A stretch of 64,000 bases of DNA from Camelus ferus (Eukaryota), in the NCBI RefSeq assembly GCF_009834535.1, contig NC_045696.1, forward strand, positions 110,610,001-110,674,000. Reading direction: 5' to 3'. The position numbers and the translations under genes are program-made. Below the pieces are notes generated by a model. It saw nothing but the letters and a program-made list of their open reading frames with translations, had not been told where the DNA came from and ran no database searches. This document shows, one piece after another, positions 52,529 through 64,000 of this stretch; within the stretch, counting starts at the first letter, position 1; every line of letters begins with the position of its first letter.

Positions 52529-52539
52529 TTAACATTTAC

Positions 52540-52693
52540 CTCAAATTCATGGTGGTTCCAGGAGATCACATTAGCACTACCGAGCTCTCTATCAATATTA
52601 AACGCTCTCATTTCAGATTCAAGACTATCTCTCAATTCTTCTCGTGTTTTGAAATTCCAAATTAGGTTTGACCTGGCATGGTCCTGACCAAAC
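52540..52693 (-). CDS. DNAJC13: DNAJC13 exon 22: (R)[16 protein letters not shown]...WNHHEFE; IWN repeat 1
   Basis: TAG/GTAAAT; 154 nt. Confidence 0.96.
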
Positions 52694-54105
52694 CTAGACA
52701 TACATGTAATCAGAAAATAGTGGGAAGCAATAAACATTAAAAAAAAAACCTATAAATATGCCTTACTACAACTCATAATAAACAACAAAACAGTGGAATG
52801 AATAAACTTTAGCAAGTGGAAAGAAAGAAAGTAAAATCTCTGTAAAGTAAATATAGTAAAACGTTAATGGTAGAATTTTAGTCACTGGTATAAAGGTGTT
52901 CATTGTAAAATTCTTTCACCTTTTCTGTATGTTTGAAAGTTTTCATACTAAATGTTGAAGGAAAAATGAACACAAACTAAAAAACAAATCTCTGTGAATT
53001 TCAAAACAAAGAACTGATATTTCAATTTCAATATTCATTGCTAATATAAATTCCAGTCAGAAAAGAACCATAAACAGGTATCAAATTTCAGGTTAGGGAT
53101 AAGAATCTCTGGATTACTAGATGTGAAGTGTGTGGGATGAGTGACATTCTACATTAGAACGTTACAAACTACCTAAGAAAAGTATACTGTTAAACTGCCA
53201 AGCTCTGGCTGACATTTTCAAAATACTTTCCTTTTATTCCTGAAATTATTTAACCATTGTAATACATCTGGACACAAGTCTGAACTAGGGATGGATGGGC
53301 TTCATATCCATTCCTTTTCAATCTGCAATCCTCCTAGAAAGTCTGATGCCAGAGTTCCAAGGGAATTCTAGGGGGGACAACACAATTGAGGGTTCCAGAG
53401 GAAGAAAACCAAGGCATATTCTTAAGGCCATACTATATACATACTACACTTTTAAAATACTGTGGAAGTTTTCAAAGCACATTTTTTCCTTTATTACCCA
53501 AGGTATAATCAATAGCTCAGCTTGCACTCACAGCTGAGTACTGTGAGTAATCTCAAAGGTTTGCAAACTCCCCAAAATGTTTGCTTAAAAGTCCTTCTAT
53601 GCATGTGGCAGGGAAGAGTGTTGGGGAGGTGGGAGGATGGCGCATTAGATGGGGAAAAGAAGGGATCAGCATCCTAGAAAGGCTGAGAAAGTATATGAGG
53701 TCAGCTAACTTGGATACTCATTTCCTACAAGTCTACTCATGTTTTCATCATCCAACTCTTTAAAGATTCTATTTTCAACAAGGCTTTAAAGAAGTTACAA
53801 CACAGTTATTTATAAGCCATAATAAAGTGTCTTAAAGTAACCATCTCTAAACCTTAATAAAATTCTAAAAGTATCTCTGGCTCTTCAGACTACCAACACT
53901 CTATAAAAGGCCTTAATTTTATGGAAGCATCACTAATCATACCAATCTTAGCAGTTATAGTTCTTGACTCTGAAAGCATGAAAACACCTATAGCGTAAAG
54001 CACTAGATACAGGCCAGGAAAAAAAAAAAAAAAAAGGAAAAAAGTCATGATTTTTCTAATGGCAATGCCAAATTTAATTAATTGGAAAAGAGACTTAAAG
54101 TTTAC

Positions 54106-54188
54106 CTATAATAGAAGAGATCCCAGTTTGCTTCTATTTTTATTCTTTGTCTTCTCTTTCGAAGAACTACTGGCTTTTGATTTATATT
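54106..54188 (-). CDS. DNAJC13: DNAJC13 exon 21: [27 protein letters not shown](R)
   Basis: CAG/GTAAAC; 83 nt. Confidence 0.96.
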
Positions 54189-54723
54189 CTGGAAAAGAAA
54201 AAAAAAAACCTTGATAGTGCTCAATCTGGGGCTACCAAATAAGCTCAGTCAGAATATAATCATTTTGTAAGTGATTTTGGCAGAGACACACTTAATGAAA
54301 CAAAATATGAAGATAGAATATTAGATTACATCACAATATAACAGTTTGCCAGCATTTATTTCTATAGTGTTGCTAAAACATTTTCCATGTAGCCTAGAAT
54401 TGTTTCAACCCCAAAATTTGTTAAAGTTTACAGTGATAAAGAATAAAATCTGTTATCAGTTAAAAAAAAAAAAGTGACTTGTTTTATTAAACATTTACAT
54501 GCAGTTAATACAGAATCATGGCAAAACAATAAGTGCAAAACTTTACAGGTTATTATTAAGCTGCTACCAAAGCCAAGAGAAGCTAATGGACAAGAAATAA
54601 GTATCTACACTCAGACACATGTGAAGTGAGACTTTAATTTATTAGACAAAGAATTATCAAAGATGACTCCACATGCCAGGCAGTTTAATGCATTTCACAC
54701 ATGTAGCAGGGACTTAAACTCAC

Positions 54724-54738
54724 CATATTGTTTCTGTC
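54724..54738 (-). CDS. DNAJC13: DNAJC13 alternative 15-nt microexon encoding DRNNM
   Basis: Long U-rich tract ...aattcag|GAC AGA AAC AAT ATG|gtgagt; phase 0/0 matches the flanking intron; gives AQKE-DRNNM-NINQK. Confidence 0.8.
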
Positions 54739-56717
54739 CTGAATTTAATTGTAAAAAAGGAAAAAATAAAAAAGTTTTAAATAAAATAAAAATAAGAGAG
54801 GGAACCTGTATCTGCTAAACTACCTATTACACAAATTTCACAAGGGTGTCACCAATATAAGTCTATTACTTTTAGACAGAAAAAGGCCCACCTGCTTCTC
54901 TAAGTCTATGACTCGAATTTTAGGCAGTCATAAACCCATTTGAGAATTCAAAGAAAGATATGGTTCTACTCCAGAAAAAGACACATTTATAAGGCTTACT
55001 ATTAGAGGGGAAGATTTCAAAGATTTCTTGGAAGTCCATACATGGACCAGAAGTTAAGAATCGTTACTCCAAGTAAAACATGTAGATATTTCAGACATGA
55101 GAATTCTAATCCTCAATGTGACAGAAGCAAAAAGTAGAAAGCAGTATAGATTAAAACATGAAAGTCTGTAACTTCATTAAGGAAATGGCAAATCATATAA
55201 AATAAAGCAAGAAAACAGACTAGACATCACAGAAGGAATAAAGGTTAAATGAGCAGTAAATTTTACAAAGTAAACGCTGCTTGAAATATAAAACATATTA
55301 AGGAAGTATTTCCTACAAATTTTAATTCTGTGCACTATCATGAGGACTAATGTAAGGTGACCTGAATAAAGTATATAAACAGTTCAAATTTCAGTTTTAA
55401 TGACAGATCTTTCCTTAGATTCTCTATTTAAGTAGTTCTTTCTTCAATTTCCCCTGCCCTGAGGACAAAAAGCTGGGAGGCTACAGTAATGAAAATGTAA
55501 ACTCTCCACAGAAAAAGAAGAACTAGCTCTCTATAAACTAAGTTGACTGATTAAGAGACTAAGGCTTAAAGTCCTAACTGGCTAAGAAAAAAATCTCTAA
55601 GTTGAAAATGACATAAATAAGAAAAAAGCAGTTTTATACATAGCCAACGGTTATTATTAATCCAACACAGAACATTAGCTACAAATGCAACTGACGTCAT
55701 AAACATTCTAATTATATAAGAAATGTGGTTCATTTCAAGACTAGCCAGTTAATCTGGTCAATGGTTAATTGTCAGACTTTAGCTAAAGTACAAGATCATT
55801 AATTAGATATTTTGGTGTTAATATTTCTACAAATAAAACAGACACAAAGATTATCCACTGTTTCATAAAGAAATTAATGTTAAAAACAGTAACCTTGGCA
55901 GAACAAAACCTTAGCAGAAATAGTCTGCTACCAAAATAATTCACTGACAAGCATACCTATTTGGTGTTATATTTGCTCAACACTTCAGATAACATCCCAT
56001 GTAAATGAAACCAACAGACCAATGAAACATTATTAATACTAAAAATATATTTGTTTCCCTCTGAATTTTTGTCATTAAATAACAGATGTTATCCACAACG
56101 CTAGCTAAAATAGCTTTGTGTTCAAGCTTATGCTGGATAAATGTTATGTATGAAGTCTGATGCCAAAAACTTATTTTCAGTATAATTGTATCCAACAGCT
56201 TGAAACAACTGTTATTTTAGAACTGAGTTTATTTACCTGAAGCCAGAAGCTTATAATTTTTAATAACTGTGAAAATCATTCACATGATACCTGCAGATTT
56301 TCAATTATGTATATGCTATAGCAATATTACCAGGACCAGACATGTATAAAGTATTTATTATCTTACTTGCAAATCAAAGCAAGCCCATAGAATAGAGAAC
56401 AGAGTACTGATATTCTCATTTTATGAAAAAGGAAAGTAAAATTCTGAAAACCCATAACTTGCCATTTGGGTTAATAAATGATAGAGTCAGATGCAGATTA
56501 AGCAATTCAAAGTTCGGTGTTCTCTTTACTATCCTAGACTAGACCGTTTAATGATTCTTTATATAGTGCATGTGTCACTCGTGAAAATCAATTTTCATGG
56601 AACAATGAAAATTAGCTCAAATTCTAAAGAACAGAATTTTGGTCTCAATTCCAGATAGACACACAAGACTATAATACTTGTACTCTTGCACCTGATGCCT
56701 TATGTTTAGATATTCTG

Positions 56718-56767
56718 GAAATTCGTAAGAAACCCATTTGTGTTAGAAATTCATAAGAAACCCGTTT
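56718..56767. repeat. Imperfect tandem duplication, 28-nt period
   Basis: gaaattcgtaagaaacccattt / gaaattcataagaaacccgttt. Confidence 0.85.
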
Positions 56768-57199
56768 CTTTTGCCTTGAAAAAGAAAACAGCTACTACAA
56801 AAAAAAAGAGATAGTGAAAGGGAAAAAATGTATAAGTGTGGTCAACAAAAATCGTGAGATCAAGACATCTTTTACATTAAACTTTTAAGTCAGTCTTAAC
56901 CACTGCACATTCCATTGTAGACAGAAGAATGCACATTACTGAATTAGGTTCTGTAGCACATACTACATGCTGAAAAATGAGACTAAAACTGTTTTAGATC
57001 TGACTTTGATCTGAGAAGCTAATGTTGAAAAATTTAAGTACACGCAGTATATTTAATTTAACAATGTGACTCTTACTTCCAAAATACTTTTCTGGCTAGT
57101 TCTCAATAAAAAAGCTAAATAAGAAAGACTACAAAACAAAGTTCAGAGAAGGAAGGAAATAGATACATACAAATTTAAAAGTATAGAAACTGGAAGTTA

Positions 57200-57518
57200 C
57201 AAAAAATCAAAAGCAAACAAACAAAGCATAAATACAAAACAGAAACAGACTCACAGACATAGAATACAAACTTGTGGTTGCCAAGGGGGTGGAGGGTGGG
57301 AAGGGATAGACAGGATTTCAAAATCGTAGAACAGACAAACAAGATTATACTGTATAGCACAGGGAAATATACACAAGATCTTATGGTAGCTCACAGAGAA
57401 AAAAATGTGACAATGAATATATATATGTTCATGTATAACTGAAAAATTGTGCTCTACACTGGAATTTGACACAACATTGTAAAATGATCATAAATCAAAA
57501 AATGTAAAAAATAAAAAA
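57200..57518 (+). mobile_element. Young 5'-truncated L1 (camelid type) with perfect 15-bp TSD
   Basis: aaacagactcacagacatagaatacaaacttgtggttgcc...tgtgctctacactggaatttgacacaacattgtaaaatga + A tail; TSD agaaactggaagtta at 57185-57199 and 57519-57533. Confidence 0.9.
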
Positions 57519-57743
57519 AGAAACTGGAAGTTAAAGAAGAAAAGATGGGAATTTTACATTTAATAACTAATCATTGTCATAAAACTATGAATTAAAAATT
57601 TATATAAAAATATCATCAGATCTAGGTGGCATTTCTTCACGTGTTCAGTCAGAAATATGTCTTCCATGCCTGTGAACAGCAACGCCGGAAGTAACCAGGA
57701 CACACAGAAATGCTAGAGGTTTGGAAGGGGATTTTATTTTTAC

Positions 57744-57887
57744 CTCTTTTTGTGCAATGCCCATTCTATCCCTCCAGTGCATTAACACAAGATCCACTTT
57801 TTCTTTGGCAAATTTTTCAACTTCTTTAGCAGCTTTTCCAGCTAGTCTTTGCCACTCTGGGACTTTATTAAATTTTCCATATTGATC
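57744..57887 (-). CDS. DNAJC13: DNAJC13 exon 20: [10 protein letters not shown]...RMGIAQKE
   Basis: CAG/GTAAAA; 144 nt. Confidence 0.96.
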
Positions 57888-58669
57888 CTGTAAAATAATG
57901 TTGAATTCCATTACAGTCCTATATGTGAATTTATTTTTTAAAATCCAAGTAAAGCTGAGTCACACTATTTATTTTACACGGTTAAATAAATCCTGAATGT
58001 TAGGGCTCAGTGAAAAAAACAAAGTGAAAATTTCTACAGCCAATTACAGTTTTTGTCCAAGAAATCTTAACTTTTCTATCTAGTTTTCAAGATGAATCTT
58101 TTTAGAGGGATGGCAAGATGTAAGTGGGAGATGGGGGCAGACAGAAAAAAAAATACATACAAGACATTATTATAACAGCATTATCTTGAAAGATGTTAAG
58201 TAATTTTCTCAAAAATAGCCCAACATTAATAATTAAGATCGCTTTGTAAGGAAAAAAGTCCTACCTAAATTAAGTTTTTCAGTGTTGGCCCCTTTCAACA
58301 ACATTTATCAATTATATATTATGCATAAAATATCACCTTATACATTTGAAATTAAAAAAAAAAATCCATTCCTCAATGTGCCAATATGCTGAGTGAGAGA
58401 AATGAAACATACAAGATTATTACTATTCACAAAATTAGACTGTGGTGATAACTGCAACTCAGAAAATACACTAAAGATAATTGAAGTGTACACTAAAAAC
58501 TGATAAGAATTTTTGGGATATAAATTTACCTCAATGAAGCTGTTTATAATTATTTTGAAAGAATACTACTATTTAACACAGTAAATTCTTGGTTTATTTC
58601 TAAACTTTTTAGTGTACTTCAGGAAAAGTATTTGCATTCTGAAAAGATACTCAGAACAAGCATATTTAC

Positions 58670-58765
58670 CATTGCTATTTTTACATTATCTCTAACATGC
58701 ATCCGATCAGCATCCTTCTCAGGAACTGGATCTGAGCTGTCCAGGTATGCTAGAAGGCCTGGCGG
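58670..58765 (-). CDS. DNAJC13: DNAJC13 exon 19: [32 protein letters not shown]
   Basis: TAG/GTAAAT; 96 nt. Confidence 0.96.
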
Positions 58766-59028
58766 CTAAAAATAGCAAACAAAAACAAAATATAAAACCC
58801 ATCTTTCAAAACAACCGCACACATACACACAAAGTCTAGCCTTCAAAATCCAAAAATTAATATTATGATTTAGCTATTGAGGGGTGCATTTATTATATGA
58901 CAACTCCTATGATAAGTAGCTTTTACATTAAAAACAGATAAACGGAAAAAAACCCTTAACAGTTTAAATAACAATAAAATTTTACTGGGCAAGAATATAT
59001 AAATTTTTCTGTCATCCAACTGACTTAC

Positions 59029-59104
59029 CAAAATGCGTTTCAACAAGTTTGTCGCAGTTGCATTATCAGCTGTCCAGAGTCCCACTAAATGTCTACTTAG
59101 CTGT
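59029..59104 (-). CDS. DNAJC13: DNAJC13 exon 18: (R)[25 protein letters not shown]
   Basis: CAG/GTAAGT; 76 nt. Confidence 0.96.
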
Positions 59105-59920
59105 CTGAAAAAAGCAGATGTTGAGAAAGGTTTGCTGCTGTATCTCAACTAGAACAGAAAATAATTTTTAAGAACAAAATATCATATAAGAAATAAGACT
59201 AGAGTAAAAAAAAAATCATTCTGATGTTAAATACTAAAAATATTTTAATTTGGAGAGATGAATGAGATAGTAATACAAACACTGCTAAATCTCAGGATTT
59301 TCTCCAAATTAAAATGCTTCCTTGATGAATTCACTAATTTTCAATGGACTGGAACATGAAGAAGTAGGTTCCTGCCACATTTAAAGATAGGAAGACAGTC
59401 AGACTTGATCATATAATTGGCTGTGTAACAATTACAATGCTGTGTAACAGCATTCTACCATTCTTTGGAACTCTGAACATAAGCAACAGTCAACTATGTT
59501 CTAATTTAAACTTCTTGACAAGGTCAGAGATAGAAAATATTTTCAGTTTTGGAGTCTGAAAAAAATACTTAAAATACTTAAAACATATTAATCTATTTAT
59601 CCCACTTTTGAGTTAAAAGCGTATTTTGGTTCAAAGTGAAAATCTAAGATCCATGTTGAATCTATGACTCAGTCATTTATTAACTGTAACCCTCAAGATG
59701 ACATTTGTCACCCAGACTGGAAGCTCCTCCACGAGCAGGGAATGTATTTTAATCACCACAGATCCTTCTGTGCTTTTTTAGGGATTCAACTGCCATTTAC
59801 AATAAGAATGGGCAGGAAACCTGTGACGGAAATGACCACCTATATGTGTTTATACACATTACATTCCCAGAAGAAAAAGTTTAATAGGAAAACCTGAATT
59901 GTGCTTTGTTCTGGCATCAA

Positions 59921-59923
59921 AAA

Positions 59924-59984
<61 letters not shown>
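59921..59984. repeat. (AAAT)16 tetranucleotide microsatellite
   Basis: Directly visible; followed by (AAAC)2. Confidence 0.95.
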
Positions 59985-59986
<2 letters not shown>

Positions 59987-61327
59987 ACAAACATTACTAA
60001 AATTGTTCATGCTTCTTCCTATTTGGAAGCTAACATATTCAAGGACAGACACTTGTAATTTCCTTCACTGGCAATTTAGTATCATATCAGATTCCTAAAA
60101 AGGCTTTTATGGATAAGAGAGAGAACATTTTATAGTAGAAGTTTGTAAAAAGATAAAACAATGCAAATGAAAAGTGGTATTTCTATTATAATTTGACAGC
60201 TTTTCAATATTGTGACTCATCACAGTAGAGAACCTAACTGATTAACTTAAATAAAGAGGAACACAGCAGGCTAAGGGCTAATGTGGAGGTTTAATGGAGT
60301 AAGACATCACATACTGAGTCTCTACTGGTGATTAGCATTGCTAATAAGGCAGTAATACCCAGGAAATAACCTTCCTTTTAAATCTTTTGTCCTCATAGGC
60401 ACACAGAAGACTGCTTTTGTGGCTAATATTTACAAGTGAGGGATGCAGGTAGTTTCTTTTACTAGTATAAACAGCAGAAAACTATTGGCAGGCAGCATAC
60501 AACCACCACCAATGTCAGATGTAGGTGACAGAGAAATGAAATTTATATTTTCATAACAAAGTAAACATAAGTCAGCAATTACGCCATTATTTTAAAAGCC
60601 AAAAAGAACATGATTAAAATATTTATTATATATACATATCTTTTACTAATATTAGTCACGAGTAATAATATGGTGTGCTAAGGATATATGAAAGGGTTGT
60701 ATATCAGAAACCATAAAGAAAAGTTAAAAGGGATGGAATTCATACAGCCTGGAGTAAATGAATAGATTTATGTGTTTCCTCATATTTGAAGGATTATTAT
60801 AAAAAAGAACATGATTTCCCAAAGGAAAAATTCTTTAACCACAGAAGTTTTCAGATAGGCTTAGGTTAGGCTGGTTGAAGATAAAGGTTTCTTTATTCTT
60901 AGAGTATCTAACTGACCAAAGTTTTTAAAAAATCTACTATATGAGGTTTTCACATGGGGCCATCTGCATGCAAGATGGTCAGAAGGAAAGGCAGAGGAAG
61001 TCCTGGGCATGTGGTTTTTGCTCCATAAGCTACTAAGCACTCTTTTCCATGTTCCAGTCCCATGACTGTGAGTGTAGAGCCTGACAAGAGGAGAGTGGGG
61101 GGAAAAAAATCAAACACGGTTTTATTTTTTCCCTCCCAAGTTATGCAGGGACCGGGACAATGATCATTTGGATACAATTCTTCTATAAGGAAAGGAAAAG
61201 AACCATGTGAATCAAAAGAAAATAAAACATTCGTGTAATCCAAACGCTTTTTCAGTTTGTTTTATGTAGTATCTGAATCCATTCTCTAAATAGCAAGTTA
61301 ACTTACAGCAAATTAAATTTAACCTAC

Positions 61328-61449
61328 CTATTCGTAAGCATCCTTTGATCTGAGCTTATTGTAAACATCGCAGTATGCAAGTGTCGAGGTAAGGCACCTT
61401 CACTTAGGGCAAGCTCCTGCATTTTTGTAGCAATTTCTTTGTCACCTTC
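61328..61449 (-). CDS. DNAJC13: DNAJC13 exon 17: [10 protein letters not shown]...DQRMLTN(R)
   Basis: AAG/GTAGGT; 122 nt. Confidence 0.96.
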
Positions 61450-63470
61450 CTTTGGAAAAAGGGTAAGATGATCCCTAAAGCAGCAATCTAAAGCAAACTA
61501 TCCTATTGTAAAACTATTTTTACATCTCTGGTTAAAATAATTATTCCATATACAATATAATAAAAATTAAAAATGCAATTCAATTATCCAAAAATAACAT
61601 AGGCGAATAGTAGTACGAGTCATTTTTAAAATATTATTTGCCTTTGGAATGAGGTTTAAATGTTCCCAGATAACTTTACCTTATGAATTATGCTTTGCTT
61701 AACTTGATATTAAAATTAGGTTCATTCCCTGAGTGTATGTCAGCCAATGAAGGGGAGAGGGGACTCACATGAATCAGCAATTCCAACCAGAGGCATCTGC
61801 AAACCTGGCTGGCTTTTTAATTAAAGAGATATACTCATTTTTATGGTGAAGATATAATCTTCTGTTTTTTAAAGAATGATGTGATGTTGGAGTAGTTCTC
61901 ATTTCACTGTTTCTATGGACTCTGACAAAAGTGTAGGACAGACAGGACTACTAATTAAAGGTAATGATAGAAGTATGAATTAAGCAAGCAGATACTTAAC
62001 ACAACCTGTTGCAAAGTAAAAATGTCCACAATGTTACTGAAAAAAAGCACAAGTACATAGTACAACTGAATATGCAGTGTGTATACAAATATACACATAG
62101 TATGAATACGTACATGTATCATTCTGACAAATGAATATGTAGTGCGGACACAAATATATACTTGGCATGTCTATGTGCGTATATAATTTTGATCACAGTC
62201 TGAGAGGGTATTAATTGAAATACTATTAGCAGTTGTCTCTGGATGGTAAAAATATAGGTGATTTATTTGTTTCTTGTGTTTGTTCTGAACATCTCAATGT
62301 TTCTTAAAAGATCACATGCTGCTTTCCAATCAGAAAACAGTATTTGTCAGGATTTCAGTATACATGAAGTAAGTCTGCCTTATACAGAAGTTGGCTCCAG
62401 TCACTGGCTATGAATTTGACATGTGTGACTTACAGGGAAGCCAAAGTTGGCATTTTGGTTATAGCTGGCACTCATTAAATATTTCTGAATGAATGATAAT
62501 ATATTGATGGATCAAGGTCGGAAATACACTTGCATATGGTCTGATGGTCCTTACTGTCCTTGGCTACTTCAAGCTCTGTAAGTGAGAGATATGGTACTTT
62601 GGAAGCTAATATCAAGCACAGAACCCATTAACTGGAGGGGGGAAAATCAGCCTTTAGTTGCATATATACACTAAATATGCAAATAAGCTTTGATGTCTCA
62701 AACAATCTAATGTCTATATGTAATTTTTTAAATAGCTGCTTAAGAGTATACTAACTCTGTGCTTATTATTTAGCTACTTATATTTATGAGCCACAAATGG
62801 CAACTTTTTGATAAAAGGAACAAACATTCTTACATTTTATCCAAATTACTATGATAACCAAAGAATACACAAATTCAAAAGCCATTTAGACTGGCATCAT
62901 CGTGAAACATCCACTATGCACGCTGATAATCATAGCCATGATCTCGTCCTCTAAAAAACAGAAGGCTAAAGCAAGCATCCTGCAGAAGGAATACCGTGTG
63001 CCCAACAATATTATGTCCTGATCATATGCACATTAGCATGAGAAACTAACTTTTGTTACCATATGTATTTGATACCACTTTGCTACGAACAACTAACTCC
63101 ATTAGATTTCCATATAAATTCAGTACCTAAAGATTTCAATACCATTAACACTATCCCCCCAAAAAAGAGGAAGAGAGAAAGAATGTTAGCTTTTCTTTTA
63201 AAATAAAGCTAACAAATAATGGAGGACCAGAAAAATTTATCTGCTCAAAATCCACTTACTTAAGAACTTCAAATTCTTAGTTTAATTATTGAGGATTATT
63301 TCTGCAATGAGTTTAATAAAACAAATTTCTAAATAAAGATTTAAAATTAATCTCCTTATCCAGAAAAATTGCATATTTCCCATAAACGACTAAAAGGTAA
63401 TTTTGTCAGCTCAAGTTAAAATAGCCAATCAACACTTATTAAGTTTAAGATTTCAAAATTGTTCTCTCAC

Positions 63471-63527
63471 CTCTATTATTGCCTTCATAACCAATCCAGC
63501 TCCCTTTATAATTGCCATGGAAGGATG
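63471..63527 (-). CDS. DNAJC13: DNAJC13 exon 16: HPSMAIIKGAGLVMKAIIE
   Basis: AAG/GTGAGA; 57 nt. Confidence 0.96.
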
Positions 63528-64000
63528 CTTTAAAATGGGGAGAAAAAGTATCACAGAATAAAAGAATTTTATTCCAACATAGAAGAAAAGAAATACATTC
63601 CAAAAGCTAAATACAGCCATTGCTCTTAAGAGGGATATACAATTTTATGCAAGATAAAAGCCATAAAATTAGTAAAGAATACATCTCAAAGTCAAGTCAC
63701 AGTCTAGTTAAAAATTTTAGGTGTTATTACAATACAGCTTTACGGATATTTAAAACATACAGCTTATAGTAGTAGGAAACAGCTGCAGCTGGCACTTATT
63801 TGAATAATACATATTCTACTTATCTGAATAATAAATATCAAACATTAAAGTAATATAAATTCACACTTATAATATAGTAAAAATATAAATATCATATACA
63901 TACACATATACATGTATACAATAAATAAATGCTATGTTTTCAATTGCTTATGAACTGCCCTGTTAAAACTCATCTTATTATTTGGGAACTTGTAAAAGAA

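Larger units (their letters stand above)
2440..64000 (-). other. DNAJC13: DNAJC13/RME-8 gene, 3' portion (exons ~16-56); 5' end outside window
   Basis: 41 exons with GT-AG boundaries and consistent phases splice into an open frame matching the recalled DNAJC13 protein from HPSMAIIKG (approx. residue 572) to the C-terminus. Confidence 0.98.

Noticed and set aside
55692..55699. Isolated full CRE TGACGTCA
   Set aside because: A single 8-mer without supporting context; plausible by chance in 64 kb.
62067..62170. Imperfect ~38-nt direct repeat with 65-nt period
   Set aside because: Two degenerate copies inside low-complexity old L1-like sequence; not a CRISPR-like or functional array.
3299..63470. 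Search for U12-type or GC-AG introns, intronic snoRNA/miRNA and processed pseudogenes
   Set aside because: All traced introns are GT-AG without the GTATCCTT donor; I recognised no box C/D, H/ACA, hairpin or retrocopy by eye, though an Rfam/BLAST scan would be needed to exclude them.

Overview
Mammalian genomic DNA, probably a camelid (inferred from a tRNA-Ala-like SINE and L1 3' ends; no Alu, B1, Bov-A or PRE-1 elements seen). The window is almost entirely the 3' three-quarters of one minus-strand gene, DNAJC13 (RME-8, endosomal J-domain protein). I traced 41 GT-AG coding exons (human-equivalent exons 16-56). They total 5019 nt, splice in frame to 1672 aa plus TGA at 3192-3194, and include four IWN repeats, a GYF-like domain, the J domain with HPD and the C-terminal AGYLT tail. 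A ~750-nt 3'UTR follows, with AATAAA at 2461-2466; the 5' end of the gene lies beyond 64000. Exon numbers and residue numbers use the human 2243-aa protein as recalled from memory. The best hidden feature is a 15-nt in-frame microexon (DRNNM, 54724-54738) with perfect splice sites. Other candidates are an in-frame alternative donor at exon 25, an intronic overlapping CRE/E-box palindrome, two CTCF-like sites, a CpG-rich patch in the last intron and young TSD-flanked retroposons. I found no evidence for a wholly novel multi-gene system.
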